Below, piece after piece: positions 41,838 to 50,753 of a stretch of DNA of 64,000 nt. How positions within the stretch are numbered: the stretch's first letter is position 1; each line of letters starts with the position of its first letter. A model generated the notes under the pieces. It saw only the letters and a list, made by a program, of their open reading frames with translations, made no database searches and had not been told where the DNA came from. A program made the position numbers and the translations under genes. This stretch comes from Clostridia bacterium. GTDB lineage: Bacteria > Bacillota > Clostridia > UBA1212 > DUPL01. The DNA lies in contig JBMNIW010000005.1 in the NCBI GenBank assembly GCA_050951325.1, forward strand, positions 64,001-128,000. The letters are read 5' to 3'.

Positions 41838-42020
41838 ATGACAGTTGAATATTCCATTTCAGTATGTGTGGTTTTGTTTATTGCTGCGTTTTGCGTTTGT
41901 TTTATGCTTCGATTTCATAATTTTGCTATTAGAAGTGCAAATGAAATTGAGAAGGGTCCGACAAAAGCAGTCAGGGTGATTCGTGCAACTGATGCAGTGA
42001 TGGATGCAGTGGAAGAGTAG
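41838..42020 (+). CDS. Small TadE/Flp-like membrane protein (60 aa)
   Basis: AAGGAGG RBS; MTVE followed by a single TM helix; heads the Tad-like cassette. Confidence 0.65.
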   Translation: MTVEYSISVCVVLFIAAFCVCFMLRFHNFAIRSANEIEKGPTKAVRVIRATDAVMDAVEE

Positions 42021-42027
42021 GGATACT

Positions 42028-44157
42028 ATGAAAGGGAGCATTTCAGTATTTGTTTGTCTGATTCTAGCCGCCGTCATTCTGCTTAACTGCGTTCTGATTG
42101 ATACGGCGAAGGTGTATTCATTAAAATCAGGACTTTCAGCAAGAGTTGCCTTGTCAGGAGAATCTCTGCTGGCAGGTTATGATTCTATATTAAGAGAGCA
42201 TTACAACCTCTTTGCTTTGAATGGAGGAAAGAATCTCAAAGAGGAGTTTCTTACGTATTTCAACGTGAGAAACATGGGATACAACATAGGGGGGTACTTT
42301 ATTAATACTCCGAAAGGATACCTGCCGATGGATATACATAACTACAATGTGGATAATGTTGTTGTGGAGGTTTGCGACAACTTGGCAGATCCTTCTGTTT
42401 TGGAAAAGCAGATATATGAGGAAATGAAGATACGGACGCCTTTGAATCTTGGCAAAAGCATACTTGGCAAGCTAAGGATTTTAAGTCGAACGGATAACAT
42501 GTCGGAAAGCTATTTGAAGGAAGCCGAGATAACTTCACTAATGAATGAAGTGACTGAAAAGATAGAAGAACTTAAAAGGCAGGTGGAGGGAGTATATCCT
42601 GGAGATGTTGCCTGTGTGAATGGTTATGACAAGCACAAAAGACATCTGTCATATGTTTTACTCGTATCATCTTTTGTTAATGTAATCAAATCTGAAAGTC
42701 CCGATACAAAAGAGTTTGAAAAAGCCATAACCGGGATGAAAGACGCCCTTCTAAAGATTAAGGGACAGGCCTCCATTTATCTTGAATACAATGTTAACGC
42801 AATAGCCAAGGTTAATGAAATTGAAAAGGTGCAAAAGCGTGCCAGGAATGAGATAAAGGAACTTGAAACATGGCTTGAAAAATACAGTCCAGAAGATGAG
42901 TTTGAAGTATATTACAAGCAGGTTATTACTGAGAAAAAGAATGCACTAAAAGAGAAGGTATTAAACATGGGTAACATGCACTTGCTGAAGCCGCTGAACA
43001 GCAATGCTGGTATACTTAGCAGGATTGTTGGGAGTGTAGACAGTTTGGTGCGACTTTTGGACTTTCCTGATGATTTGGTTTCGGTCAGTGATCTGGAGGG
43101 GAATATTAAGAACTTGAGTGACAAGGGAATCCAAACCAATTTGAAAGTTTATACCGGATATGAGGGGTTTGACGGGAAGTTTGCAGAATACGATCAGAGA
43201 AAGAAGGCAGAAAAGGATATTCGGAATCTGCTTAAGGAGTATGAGGCGGTGGTAATACCCCCAGAGGTGTACAGAACCCTTCCTTCAGTAGTTAGGGGAA
43301 TAGATTCCGCTAGTCTGGAAGGGAGAATGCTGTCTGAAACCGAATCCCAGCTTGCACTTAACTCTCTTGCAATTGTACATAGTATTGTTTCATTGAAGGA
43401 GGATTTCAAGAGTTTCAAGGAAGACCCGCTTGATTACTTGACAAAGGGTGTATTGATAGATGACTACATAATGACGTATTTCGGCAGTTTTGTTAAGGAG
43501 ATGGAAACAAGACCTCAATACTTAAGAAGCGAGATAGAGTACATTATAGCGGGGACTTCATACGAAAGTACAAACAGGCTTATCTGTGAATCCTTGATAT
43601 TTGCGATAAGATTTGTTCTCAATGTATTACACATAATGTGTGATGCTGACAAGGTTGATCTGGCAAACAAGATAGGAAATGCAATAGCAGGAAGCATAAC
43701 CTGTGGGATAGGGGGACCATTGTATGCGGTTTTAATCGTTGCGGGGTGGTCCATCTGTGAGTCGATGATTGATATAAAGGATTTGACAGAGGGTAGAAGG
43801 GTTCCCTTTTTAAAAAGAAAAAGCGAGTGGAGGTTTCATATAGATGGACTTCCTGGTAGTATACTCGATGATGAGTTGAATGGCTCTTCTTTTTTTAGTA
43901 TGGACTACAACGATTATTTAAGACTGCTCCTGCCTTTTGTAGGCAGAGAGACAAAGCTTTTGAGAATATGTGACTTGATTGAGCTTAACATGACTGCATT
44001 TCTTAACAGAAGATACAGTATAAACGGAATGTATGCATCTATTAAAGTAAGTATTACTGTTGATGTAGAAACTTTGATTTCATACTCCTTGTTACCAAAT
44101 CTCAAGAAAGATGACTATTTCTTTGAAATTTCGGAGGTTTATCATGGTTCGTACTGA
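42028..44157 (+). CDS. TadG-like pseudopilin with DUF5702-type C-terminus
   Basis: KG/SISVF plus TM; L.EHYNLFAL; EIEYIIAG, IFAIRFVLN, W...ES..D...L..G..VP..K, DYNDYLRLLL. Confidence 0.8.
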   Translation: MKGSISVFVCLILAAVILLNCVLIDTAKVYSLKSGLSARVALSGESLLAGYDSILREHYNLFALNGGKNLKEEFLTYFNVRNMGYNIGGYFINTPKGYLPMDIHNYNVDNVVVEVCDNLADPSVLEKQIYEEMKIRTPLNLGKSILGKLRILSRTDNMSESYLKEAEITSLMNEVTEKIEELKRQVEGVYPGDVACVNGYDKHKRHLSYVLLVSSFVNVIKSESPDTKEFEKAITGMKDALLKIKGQASIYLEYNVNAIAKVNEIEKVQKRARNEIKELETWLEKYSPEDEFEVYYKQVITEKKNALKEKVLNMGNMHLLKPLNSNAGILSRIVGSVDSLVRLLDFPDDLVSVSDLEGNIKNLSDKGIQTNLKVYTGYEGFDGKFAEYDQRKKAEKDIRNLLKEYEAVVIPPEVYRTLPSVVRGIDSASLEGRMLSETESQLALNSLAIVHSIVSLKEDFKSFKEDPLDYLTKGVLIDDYIMTYFGSFVKEMETRPQYLRSEIEYIIAGTSYESTNRLICESLIFAIRFVLNVLHIMCDADKVDLANKIGNAIAGSITCGIGGPLYAVLIVAGWSICESMIDIKDLTEGRRVPFLKRKSEWRFHIDGLPGSILDDELNGSSFFSMDYNDYLRLLLPFVGRETKLLRICDLIELNMTAFLNRRYSINGMYASIKVSITVDVETLISYSLLPNLKKDDYFFEISEVYHGSY

Positions 44158-45124
44158 CAAAAAAGGCTCTGTTACTGTTGAAACGGCTATAACGCTGCCT
44201 TTGTTTATCTCGGTGCTGCTGATATTTTCATCTTTCCTTATTTGTATTGCGGCAGTAAACAGCATGTATTCAGCCCTATATAAAACGGCTTCCTTCTTTT
44301 CCGATTATGGTTACATATATCATGAAAAGGGAATAAAAAAGGTTGAAGATTCACTTTTGAAAGACATTGGCAGTCTTTTGGACGATAATGGAACCGGTCT
44401 TATACTGAAGCAGGCGAATATGAGACAACTTGTAGAAGGTGCAGACAACTATGTTTATGGAGAAATTGCAAAAAGCATATTCTTGCAGTATTTGAATGAA
44501 GAAAATGTTATTAAGAGCGGACTGGTAAAGTTTGATAATGTGACTTTTGCAGGAAGTAGCTTTTTTGATCATGGCGATGATGTAATATTTATTGTGCGTT
44601 GTGTTATGAAGCTGCCTCTACCGGTACCTGAGAAACTGGTTGAAGGATTTGAACTAAGGGGGAGGTTAAGGTTTCGCTGTTTCATAATTGGGGAAATGGG
44701 CTCATACAATGAAGCTGCGCCGGTAGAAACGTCTGTCTGGAGTTTAAACAACTTTGAGAGGGGAAGAATAATTAGGCAGGTGTTTGGTGCAAACCTGCCT
44801 TCAAACTATCCTGTGATTGCAAAGTTCGATAATGGAAAGGCAACAATGATAAAAAGTCTCGACCATACAGCGAAAACGTACCAGGATGTAAACACATTTA
44901 AAATGGCAATAAAGAGCATGATATTGGAGCTTTCGGAGTTTAATGGGAGAGATTACGGTGGTGTATCCATTAAAGCAGGGGATATAAAGAGGAGGGAACT
45001 TATATTGGTGATGCCAACAAATGATATGAATCCGGCGCAGGAGTTTGCTCTTATGGAGATAAGTTCTTATTGTCTGGCTAAGAATATTGTACTTATTGTG
45101 GAGAGGTACCAAGAGAAGAAATGA
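44144..45124 (+). CDS. TadE-like pilin fused to a CdiA-EC869-like nuclease-fold domain
   Basis: KKG/SVTVE prepilin motif plus TM; C-terminal W.L..FERG..I, NLPSNYPVIAKF, TMIKSLD, DIKRRELILVMP. Confidence 0.8.
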   Translation: MVRTDKKGSVTVETAITLPLFISVLLIFSSFLICIAAVNSMYSALYKTASFFSDYGYIYHEKGIKKVEDSLLKDIGSLLDDNGTGLILKQANMRQLVEGADNYVYGEIAKSIFLQYLNEENVIKSGLVKFDNVTFAGSSFFDHGDDVIFIVRCVMKLPLPVPEKLVEGFELRGRLRFRCFIIGEMGSYNEAAPVETSVWSLNNFERGRIIRQVFGANLPSNYPVIAKFDNGKATMIKSLDHTAKTYQDVNTFKMAIKSMILELSEFNGRDYGGVSIKAGDIKRRELILVMPTNDMNPAQEFALMEISSYCLAKNIVLIVERYQEKK

Positions 45125-45174
45125 CTTGTTACAATTTCTATATTCTGTTATAATACCGGCAGGAGGGATAAAAA

Positions 45175-46008
45175 ATGTGGTTTGATAAGGCATGCCAGGC
45201 TGCAGATTATATCAAAATGAAAATAACGGAAAAATACAAGGATTACAAAGCTCCTAAAGTTTGTATTGTGCTGGGTTCTGCGCTGGGCAGTTTTGCGGAT
45301 AGAATTGAGTCTCCACTAATTATACCGTATAGAGATATTGAGGGTTTTTCAGTTTCCACGGTAAGCGGACATGCAGGTAGACTTATTTATGGTTTTGTTA
45401 AGGAGAACCCCATTCTGTGCATGCAGGGCCGTACCCACATATATGAGGGAAATTCGCCTCAACAGGTTGTTCTTCCTTTAAGAGCATGCACTCTGCTGGG
45501 TGCAAAAAATGTAGTTCTGACAAATGCCGCAGGTGCCATTAACTACGATTACAATGTTGGAGAATTTATGGTTATAGAAGATCATTTGAGTTTCTTTCTT
45601 GATTCTCCCTTGTTTGGTAAGAATGAAGATGATTTGGGTCTCAGGTTTCCTTCCATGGATGAGGCTTATGATAAAGAATTAAGAGAAATTGCAATTGAAT
45701 GTGCAAAAGAATTAGGAATATCAGTTCACAGCGGCGTATACGCATATATGAAAGGGCCTCAGTTTGAGACTCCTGCTGAAATAAGAGCCCTTCGAATACT
45801 AGGCGCAGACGCTGTAGGAATGTCAACAGTACCTGAAACCATAGCATGCGTGCACGCTGGTGCAAAGGTTTTGGGAATATCCTGCTTGTCAAATCTGGCT
45901 GCAGGGATGAGTGAGAAAAAACTTAGTCACGAAGATGTCAATAGGATGGAAGACATTGTTGCTAAGGAATTTGGTGATTGGATGGAGGCTTTAATATGCC
46001 GATTGTAA
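45175..46008 (+). CDS. punA: Purine nucleoside phosphorylase (trimeric type)
   Basis: LGS, GHAG, MQGRTHIYEG, TNAAG, GPQFETPAE, VGMSTVPE. Confidence 0.95.
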   Translation: MWFDKACQAADYIKMKITEKYKDYKAPKVCIVLGSALGSFADRIESPLIIPYRDIEGFSVSTVSGHAGRLIYGFVKENPILCMQGRTHIYEGNSPQQVVLPLRACTLLGAKNVVLTNAAGAINYDYNVGEFMVIEDHLSFFLDSPLFGKNEDDLGLRFPSMDEAYDKELREIAIECAKELGISVHSGVYAYMKGPQFETPAEIRALRILGADAVGMSTVPETIACVHAGAKVLGISCLSNLAAGMSEKKLSHEDVNRMEDIVAKEFGDWMEALICRL

Positions 46009-47309
46009 TCAAGGATGCATGCATATACAAACATGCGCCGGGCGGAGCCCTCGTAAATGCAAATATATTTATAAAAGGAAACAAGATTCATAGAATAACA
46101 GACGATCAGGATGAAGTAAAAAGATTTATCGATGAAAATCCAGAAGTGGAAATAATAAGCGGTAAGAATAGAATTGTTCTACCTGGATTTGTAAATGCTC
46201 ATACACATTCTCCGATGTCTGTTTTTAGAAATTATGCGTCCGACAGATCTTTGCATGACTGGCTTTTCAATATGATTATCCCCAAGGAACAGCTTTTGAC
46301 TGAGGAGGATGCATATTGGACCAGCCTTGCCTCCCAGGCAGAGATGATAAGAAGTGGAACATGTGCTTTTGCTGACATGTATTTTCATTTTGAGTCTCTT
46401 GTCAGAGCTGTCAGAGAAAGCGGCATGCGTGTCAATTTGTCTGTAATGCCTCTTGCGAACAAGTGGGTAGACGGAAAAAGACAAACAGTTAGTAATGCGC
46501 AGGAAGCAATATCATTGTACAAGAAGTACAATGATGATGAAATGATAAAGCTATATTCGGAACTGCATTCGATTTATCTTTATGATATTGACATGATACA
46601 TGTAAATGTAGAAGTTGCCAAAGAGTTAAATACAGGCATTCACATACATCTACATGAAACGGAAAAGGAAGTAAATGACTGTTTGAAGGAATATAACAAA
46701 AGGCCTATTGAGCTACTCAGAGAAAACGGGGTGTTTACGAGGCCTGTTATTGCAGCTCATTGTGTTGTTATGAATGATGATGATATAGAAATATTGAAAG
46801 AAGAGAATATTAATGTTTGCGAAAACATATCATCCAATTTGAAACTGGTAAGTGGTATTCCGAGAATTCCGGAAATGCTTGAAAAGGGTGTAAATGTTGC
46901 CCTTGGTACTGACGGGTGTGCAAGTAACAATAATCTAAACATGTTTGAAGAGATGCACATTTCTGCGATAGTTCACAAGAATCAGATGAAGGATCCGACT
47001 GTAATGCCCGCCCACAAATTAATAGAGATGGCGACAAAAAACGGATACGATGCAGTTGGTTTTAAAGACAGGGCGGGTGATGTGGCTGAAGGAATGCTGG
47101 CTGACTTGATGATGGTTGACATATCTAGTCTTCACTGCACACCGATTAATGAAGTTGCTGCCTGTATTGTATACAGCATGCAGGCGTCCGATGTGGACAC
47201 TGTAATTATCAATGGCAGGACTGTTATGAAGAATAAAGAGCTTGTTACGATAGATGAAGAGCTTGTAAAACACAAGGTAAGGACAGTTGCAAAGCGACTG
47301 GGGCTATAG
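45996..47309 (+). CDS. mtaD: MTA/SAH deaminase-like amidohydrolase
   Basis: PGFVNAHTH, HIHLHET..E, AAHCV, SNLKL.SG, LGTDG.ASNN. Confidence 0.85.
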   Translation: MPIVIKDACIYKHAPGGALVNANIFIKGNKIHRITDDQDEVKRFIDENPEVEIISGKNRIVLPGFVNAHTHSPMSVFRNYASDRSLHDWLFNMIIPKEQLLTEEDAYWTSLASQAEMIRSGTCAFADMYFHFESLVRAVRESGMRVNLSVMPLANKWVDGKRQTVSNAQEAISLYKKYNDDEMIKLYSELHSIYLYDIDMIHVNVEVAKELNTGIHIHLHETEKEVNDCLKEYNKRPIELLRENGVFTRPVIAAHCVVMNDDDIEILKEENINVCENISSNLKLVSGIPRIPEMLEKGVNVALGTDGCASNNNLNMFEEMHISAIVHKNQMKDPTVMPAHKLIEMATKNGYDAVGFKDRAGDVAEGMLADLMMVDISSLHCTPINEVAACIVYSMQASDVDTVIINGRTVMKNKELVTIDEELVKHKVRTVAKRLGL

Positions 47310-47324
47310 TAAAGGAGAGTTGTC

Positions 47325-48179
47325 ATGTTAACGATAAATGATAACAATGCGAGATATGTAATAATAGATTCGAGTCTTGAAGATACCGAGGAAATTGCCA
47401 TGGAGGACAATGTCTTGGTATTGCCTTTTGATGGCACGAAGATATATGAGGTGATACGTTATATTGATGGTGAACCTTTGTTTCTTGAGGATCATTATAA
47501 AAGACTTGTAGATAGTGCGAACACTGCAGGAATCAAAAATCTGATTTCCATGAGTGCATTAAGAGAATATGGGAAAGTTTTGCTTGAGGTAAACAGCCAA
47601 AAGGACTGCAATCTTAAGTTCATCTGTGCAAAAGGCGATGAGGAATCCTACGACAACTTCATAGTCTACCTAAGCAAGTTTTATTACCCTGAACCACAGG
47701 TTTACAAAACAGGTGTTGAAACAAGGGTAGTAGAGGAGACAAGAGAAAATCCTAATGCAAAGATTAGCAGGAAAGAGTATATAGATAAAATTAATGAATT
47801 TAAAGCAAAGCATAATATATACGAAGCAATTCTTAAAAACGATAAAGGTTTCCTGACAGAAGGCAGCAAGTCAAATCTGTTTTTTGTCAAGGGTGACACA
47901 GTATATACTGCACCACCCAGTCAGGTTTTGGTTGGAACAATGAGAAAGTATGTACTTAAAGCATGTGAAAACAATATGATTCCTATCAAGTTGGAGGCGG
48001 TTCATCACGATAATATTAGTGAGTATGATGCTGCTTTTTTGACAGGTACGTCAATAAAAGTTTTGCCAATTGTGAAAATAGACGAAGTTGAATATAAATC
48101 ATCAAAAAATGAAATCGTTTTAAAACTGATGAAGGGTCTTGAACAAATTATTAAAGAGTATTACAATTCCAATAATTAA
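47325..48179 (+). CDS. Aminotransferase class IV family protein
   Basis: YEVIR, HYKRL, NAK (PLP lysine), TEGSKSNLFF, L.GTMR, FLTGTS. Confidence 0.9.
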   Translation: MLTINDNNARYVIIDSSLEDTEEIAMEDNVLVLPFDGTKIYEVIRYIDGEPLFLEDHYKRLVDSANTAGIKNLISMSALREYGKVLLEVNSQKDCNLKFICAKGDEESYDNFIVYLSKFYYPEPQVYKTGVETRVVEETRENPNAKISRKEYIDKINEFKAKHNIYEAILKNDKGFLTEGSKSNLFFVKGDTVYTAPPSQVLVGTMRKYVLKACENNMIPIKLEAVHHDNISEYDAAFLTGTSIKVLPIVKIDEVEYKSSKNEIVLKLMKGLEQIIKEYYNSNN

Positions 48180-48203
48180 ATAATGGAAAGTGGGGGAGAT
48201 AAC

Positions 48204-49019
48204 ATGAAAATTGCCTTTTCAACCTTGGGATGCCCCGATTGGTCTTTTTCGGAGATACTGTCTACAGCCAAAGATTTTGGTTATAATGGTATAGAAATCA
48301 GGGGTTTGAAGAATGAAATATTTGCACCAGCAGCGAGAGAGTTTAAAGAAGACAGAATTGAAACTACTAGGCAGTCTTTAAAAGAACTTGGTCTCGAAAT
48401 TGCGTGCTTTTCTTCTGCCAGCTATCTTTTTGATAAGAAGAATACTGAAGATGCCATTAAGGAAGGATGTAGTTATATAGATTTGGCGAACAAGATGGGT
48501 GTTGAATACGTAAGAGTTCTTGGTGACAGGGACCCGCATCCATCCAAAGACATTGATGATGACTTTGTAAGAGAAAATCTGCAGTATCTTGTTGACTACG
48601 GAAATGACAAAGGAGTAGTCCCTTTAATTGAGACTAACGGCGTCTTTGCTGATTCCAAAAGACTCGTCAAACTGGTTGATAAAATAGATGGAAATGTAGG
48701 TATTCTATGGGATATCCATCATCCGTGCAGGTTTTTCAGGGAGAATCCTCAAGATACTTTTGATAGGATTGAACCGTATTTGAGATATGTTCATTTCAAA
48801 GATTCCGTATTTGAATCCGGTCAGGTGAGATACAAGATGCCCGGATACGGTGATCTTCCTGTCAGACAGGCTATCAACCTCCTTTTGGATAATGATTTTG
48901 AAGGCTATGTTTCTTTGGAATGGGTTAAAAGATGGTATTATGATCTTGAGGAACCAGGAGTAGTATTCATGCATTTTGCACATTATATTAGAAAACTAGA
49001 AAGAAAGAAAGGTAAGTAA
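48204..49019 (+). CDS. Sugar phosphate isomerase/epimerase (xylose isomerase-like TIM barrel)
   Basis: FSTLGCP, GIEIR, LIET, WDIHH, VHFKD, SLEW. Confidence 0.88.
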   Translation: MKIAFSTLGCPDWSFSEILSTAKDFGYNGIEIRGLKNEIFAPAAREFKEDRIETTRQSLKELGLEIACFSSASYLFDKKNTEDAIKEGCSYIDLANKMGVEYVRVLGDRDPHPSKDIDDDFVRENLQYLVDYGNDKGVVPLIETNGVFADSKRLVKLVDKIDGNVGILWDIHHPCRFFRENPQDTFDRIEPYLRYVHFKDSVFESGQVRYKMPGYGDLPVRQAINLLLDNDFEGYVSLEWVKRWYYDLEEPGVVFMHFAHYIRKLERKKGK

Positions 49020-49022
49020 AAT

Positions 49023-50747
49023 ATGAAGAATATACCGCTATATGAAGTAGATCAAATTTCTACATTAAAGGACATGATAATTAATTCCGAAAAGAAGTTC
49101 GGAGACAAACCGGCGTTTTTAAAGAAGGTCCCAGGAATCGACAATTATGTACCTGTAACATATAAACAGTACAAGAAAGATGTGGATGCGTTAGGCACCA
49201 AGCTTATTGATCTGGGATACAAAGACGAAAAGATAGTGATTATTGGTGAAAATAGGTACGAATGGTCTTGTTCTTATCTTGCTGTTGTAAATGGAGTAGG
49301 AGTTGTTGTTCCTCTTGACAAGGAACTTCCGGAAAATGAGATAGAACTGTCAGTCAACAGGGCAGAGGCAAGTCTTGTTATTTTTTCACCAAAACTAATT
49401 GACAAGATAGATAATTTATATAGTAAACTTCCAACTGTCAAGGAATATATTGTGATGGATGACGAATCCAGTGACGACAGATTTGTTGCCTTTGGTAAAC
49501 TGTTGAAGGATGGCCATGAACTGCTTGATAAGGGAGACGATAGATTTACAAGTAGTGAAATAGATCCTGAAGAAATGAAGATTCTTCTGTTTACTTCAGG
49601 TACAACAGATGTTGCAAAGGCTGTAATGCTTAGTCATAGGAATATATGTGAAAACCTTATGGCCATGTGTTCCATGACATACATTGATGAAAATGACGTT
49701 TTTCTTTCAATACTGCCCATACATCATACTTATGAGTGCACCTGTGGTTTCCTTTGTCCTTTGTACAGAGGCAGCACTGTTGCTTATTGCGAAGGACTCA
49801 GACATATTGCGAAGAATATGGCTGAAGCCAAAGTTACAATTGTTCTCGGCGTGCCATTGGTATTTGAGTCCATGTACAAGAAAATTTGGGACGGTATAAG
49901 GAAGGCAAAACAGGAGAAAAAGGTCAGGTTTGCTATTAGACTTAACAACTTCTTGAAGATTCTTGGTATGGATAAATCTAAAAATATGTTTGAAAAAATT
50001 CATGCTAGTTTTGGCGGTCATTTGAGACTTTTAATCAGTGGAGCTGCTGCAATTGATCCTGAAGTTGCCAAAGGTTTCAGGGATTTGGGCATACTTTTCA
50101 TACAAGGCTATGGTCTTACCGAGTGTGCACCCATTGTTGCGCTTAACAGGAATGTGGATTTCAAGGACGCAGCAGCAGGTTTGCCAATGCCTGGTGTTGA
50201 TATAGTTATAGATAATCCTGATGAAAATGGCATAGGAGAAATTATTGTAAAAGGTCCAAATGTCATGCTCGGATATTACAAGGATGAAGCTGCTACCAAG
50301 CAGGTAATTGACTCCAAAGGATATTTCCACACAGGTGACCTTGGCTATATGGATAAAGAAAAGTTTGTTTATATTACTGGAAAAAAGAAGAATGTAATTG
50401 TTACAAAGAATGGTAAGAACATATTCCCTGAGGAAATTGAATATCTTCTTTTAAAGAGCCCATATATACAGGAAGTGCTGGTTTATGCCTCAGATGAAGC
50501 GGGAGATACCATTGTAAAGGCAAATATATTCCCCAATTTTGAAAAGATTGAGGAAGACTTCAAAAATGGTGTAATATCATCTGATAACGTTGAGGCAATA
50601 ATCCAAAGTGAGATTAAAAATGTTAACAAGCAGTTGGTTAACTACAAATCGATTAGAGGTTTCAATATAAGGGAAACAGAGTTTAGCAAGACCACTACTA
50701 GAAAGATAAAGAGGTATGTTGAAGAAAATAAAGTGGAGAACGATTAA
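49023..50747 (+). CDS. Long-chain fatty acid--CoA ligase (AMP-binding)
   Basis: FTSGTT...K, QGYGLTE, GPNVMLGYY, FHTGDLG, GKNIFPEEIE. Confidence 0.93.
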   Translation: MKNIPLYEVDQISTLKDMIINSEKKFGDKPAFLKKVPGIDNYVPVTYKQYKKDVDALGTKLIDLGYKDEKIVIIGENRYEWSCSYLAVVNGVGVVVPLDKELPENEIELSVNRAEASLVIFSPKLIDKIDNLYSKLPTVKEYIVMDDESSDDRFVAFGKLLKDGHELLDKGDDRFTSSEIDPEEMKILLFTSGTTDVAKAVMLSHRNICENLMAMCSMTYIDENDVFLSILPIHHTYECTCGFLCPLYRGSTVAYCEGLRHIAKNMAEAKVTIVLGVPLVFESMYKKIWDGIRKAKQEKKVRFAIRLNNFLKILGMDKSKNMFEKIHASFGGHLRLLISGAAAIDPEVAKGFRDLGILFIQGYGLTECAPIVALNRNVDFKDAAAGLPMPGVDIVIDNPDENGIGEIIVKGPNVMLGYYKDEAATKQVIDSKGYFHTGDLGYMDKEKFVYITGKKKNVIVTKNGKNIFPEEIEYLLLKSPYIQEVLVYASDEAGDTIVKANIFPNFEKIEEDFKNGVISSDNVEAIIQSEIKNVNKQLVNYKSIRGFNIRETEFSKTTTRKIKRYVEENKVEND

Positions 50748-50753
50748 AGCGCT

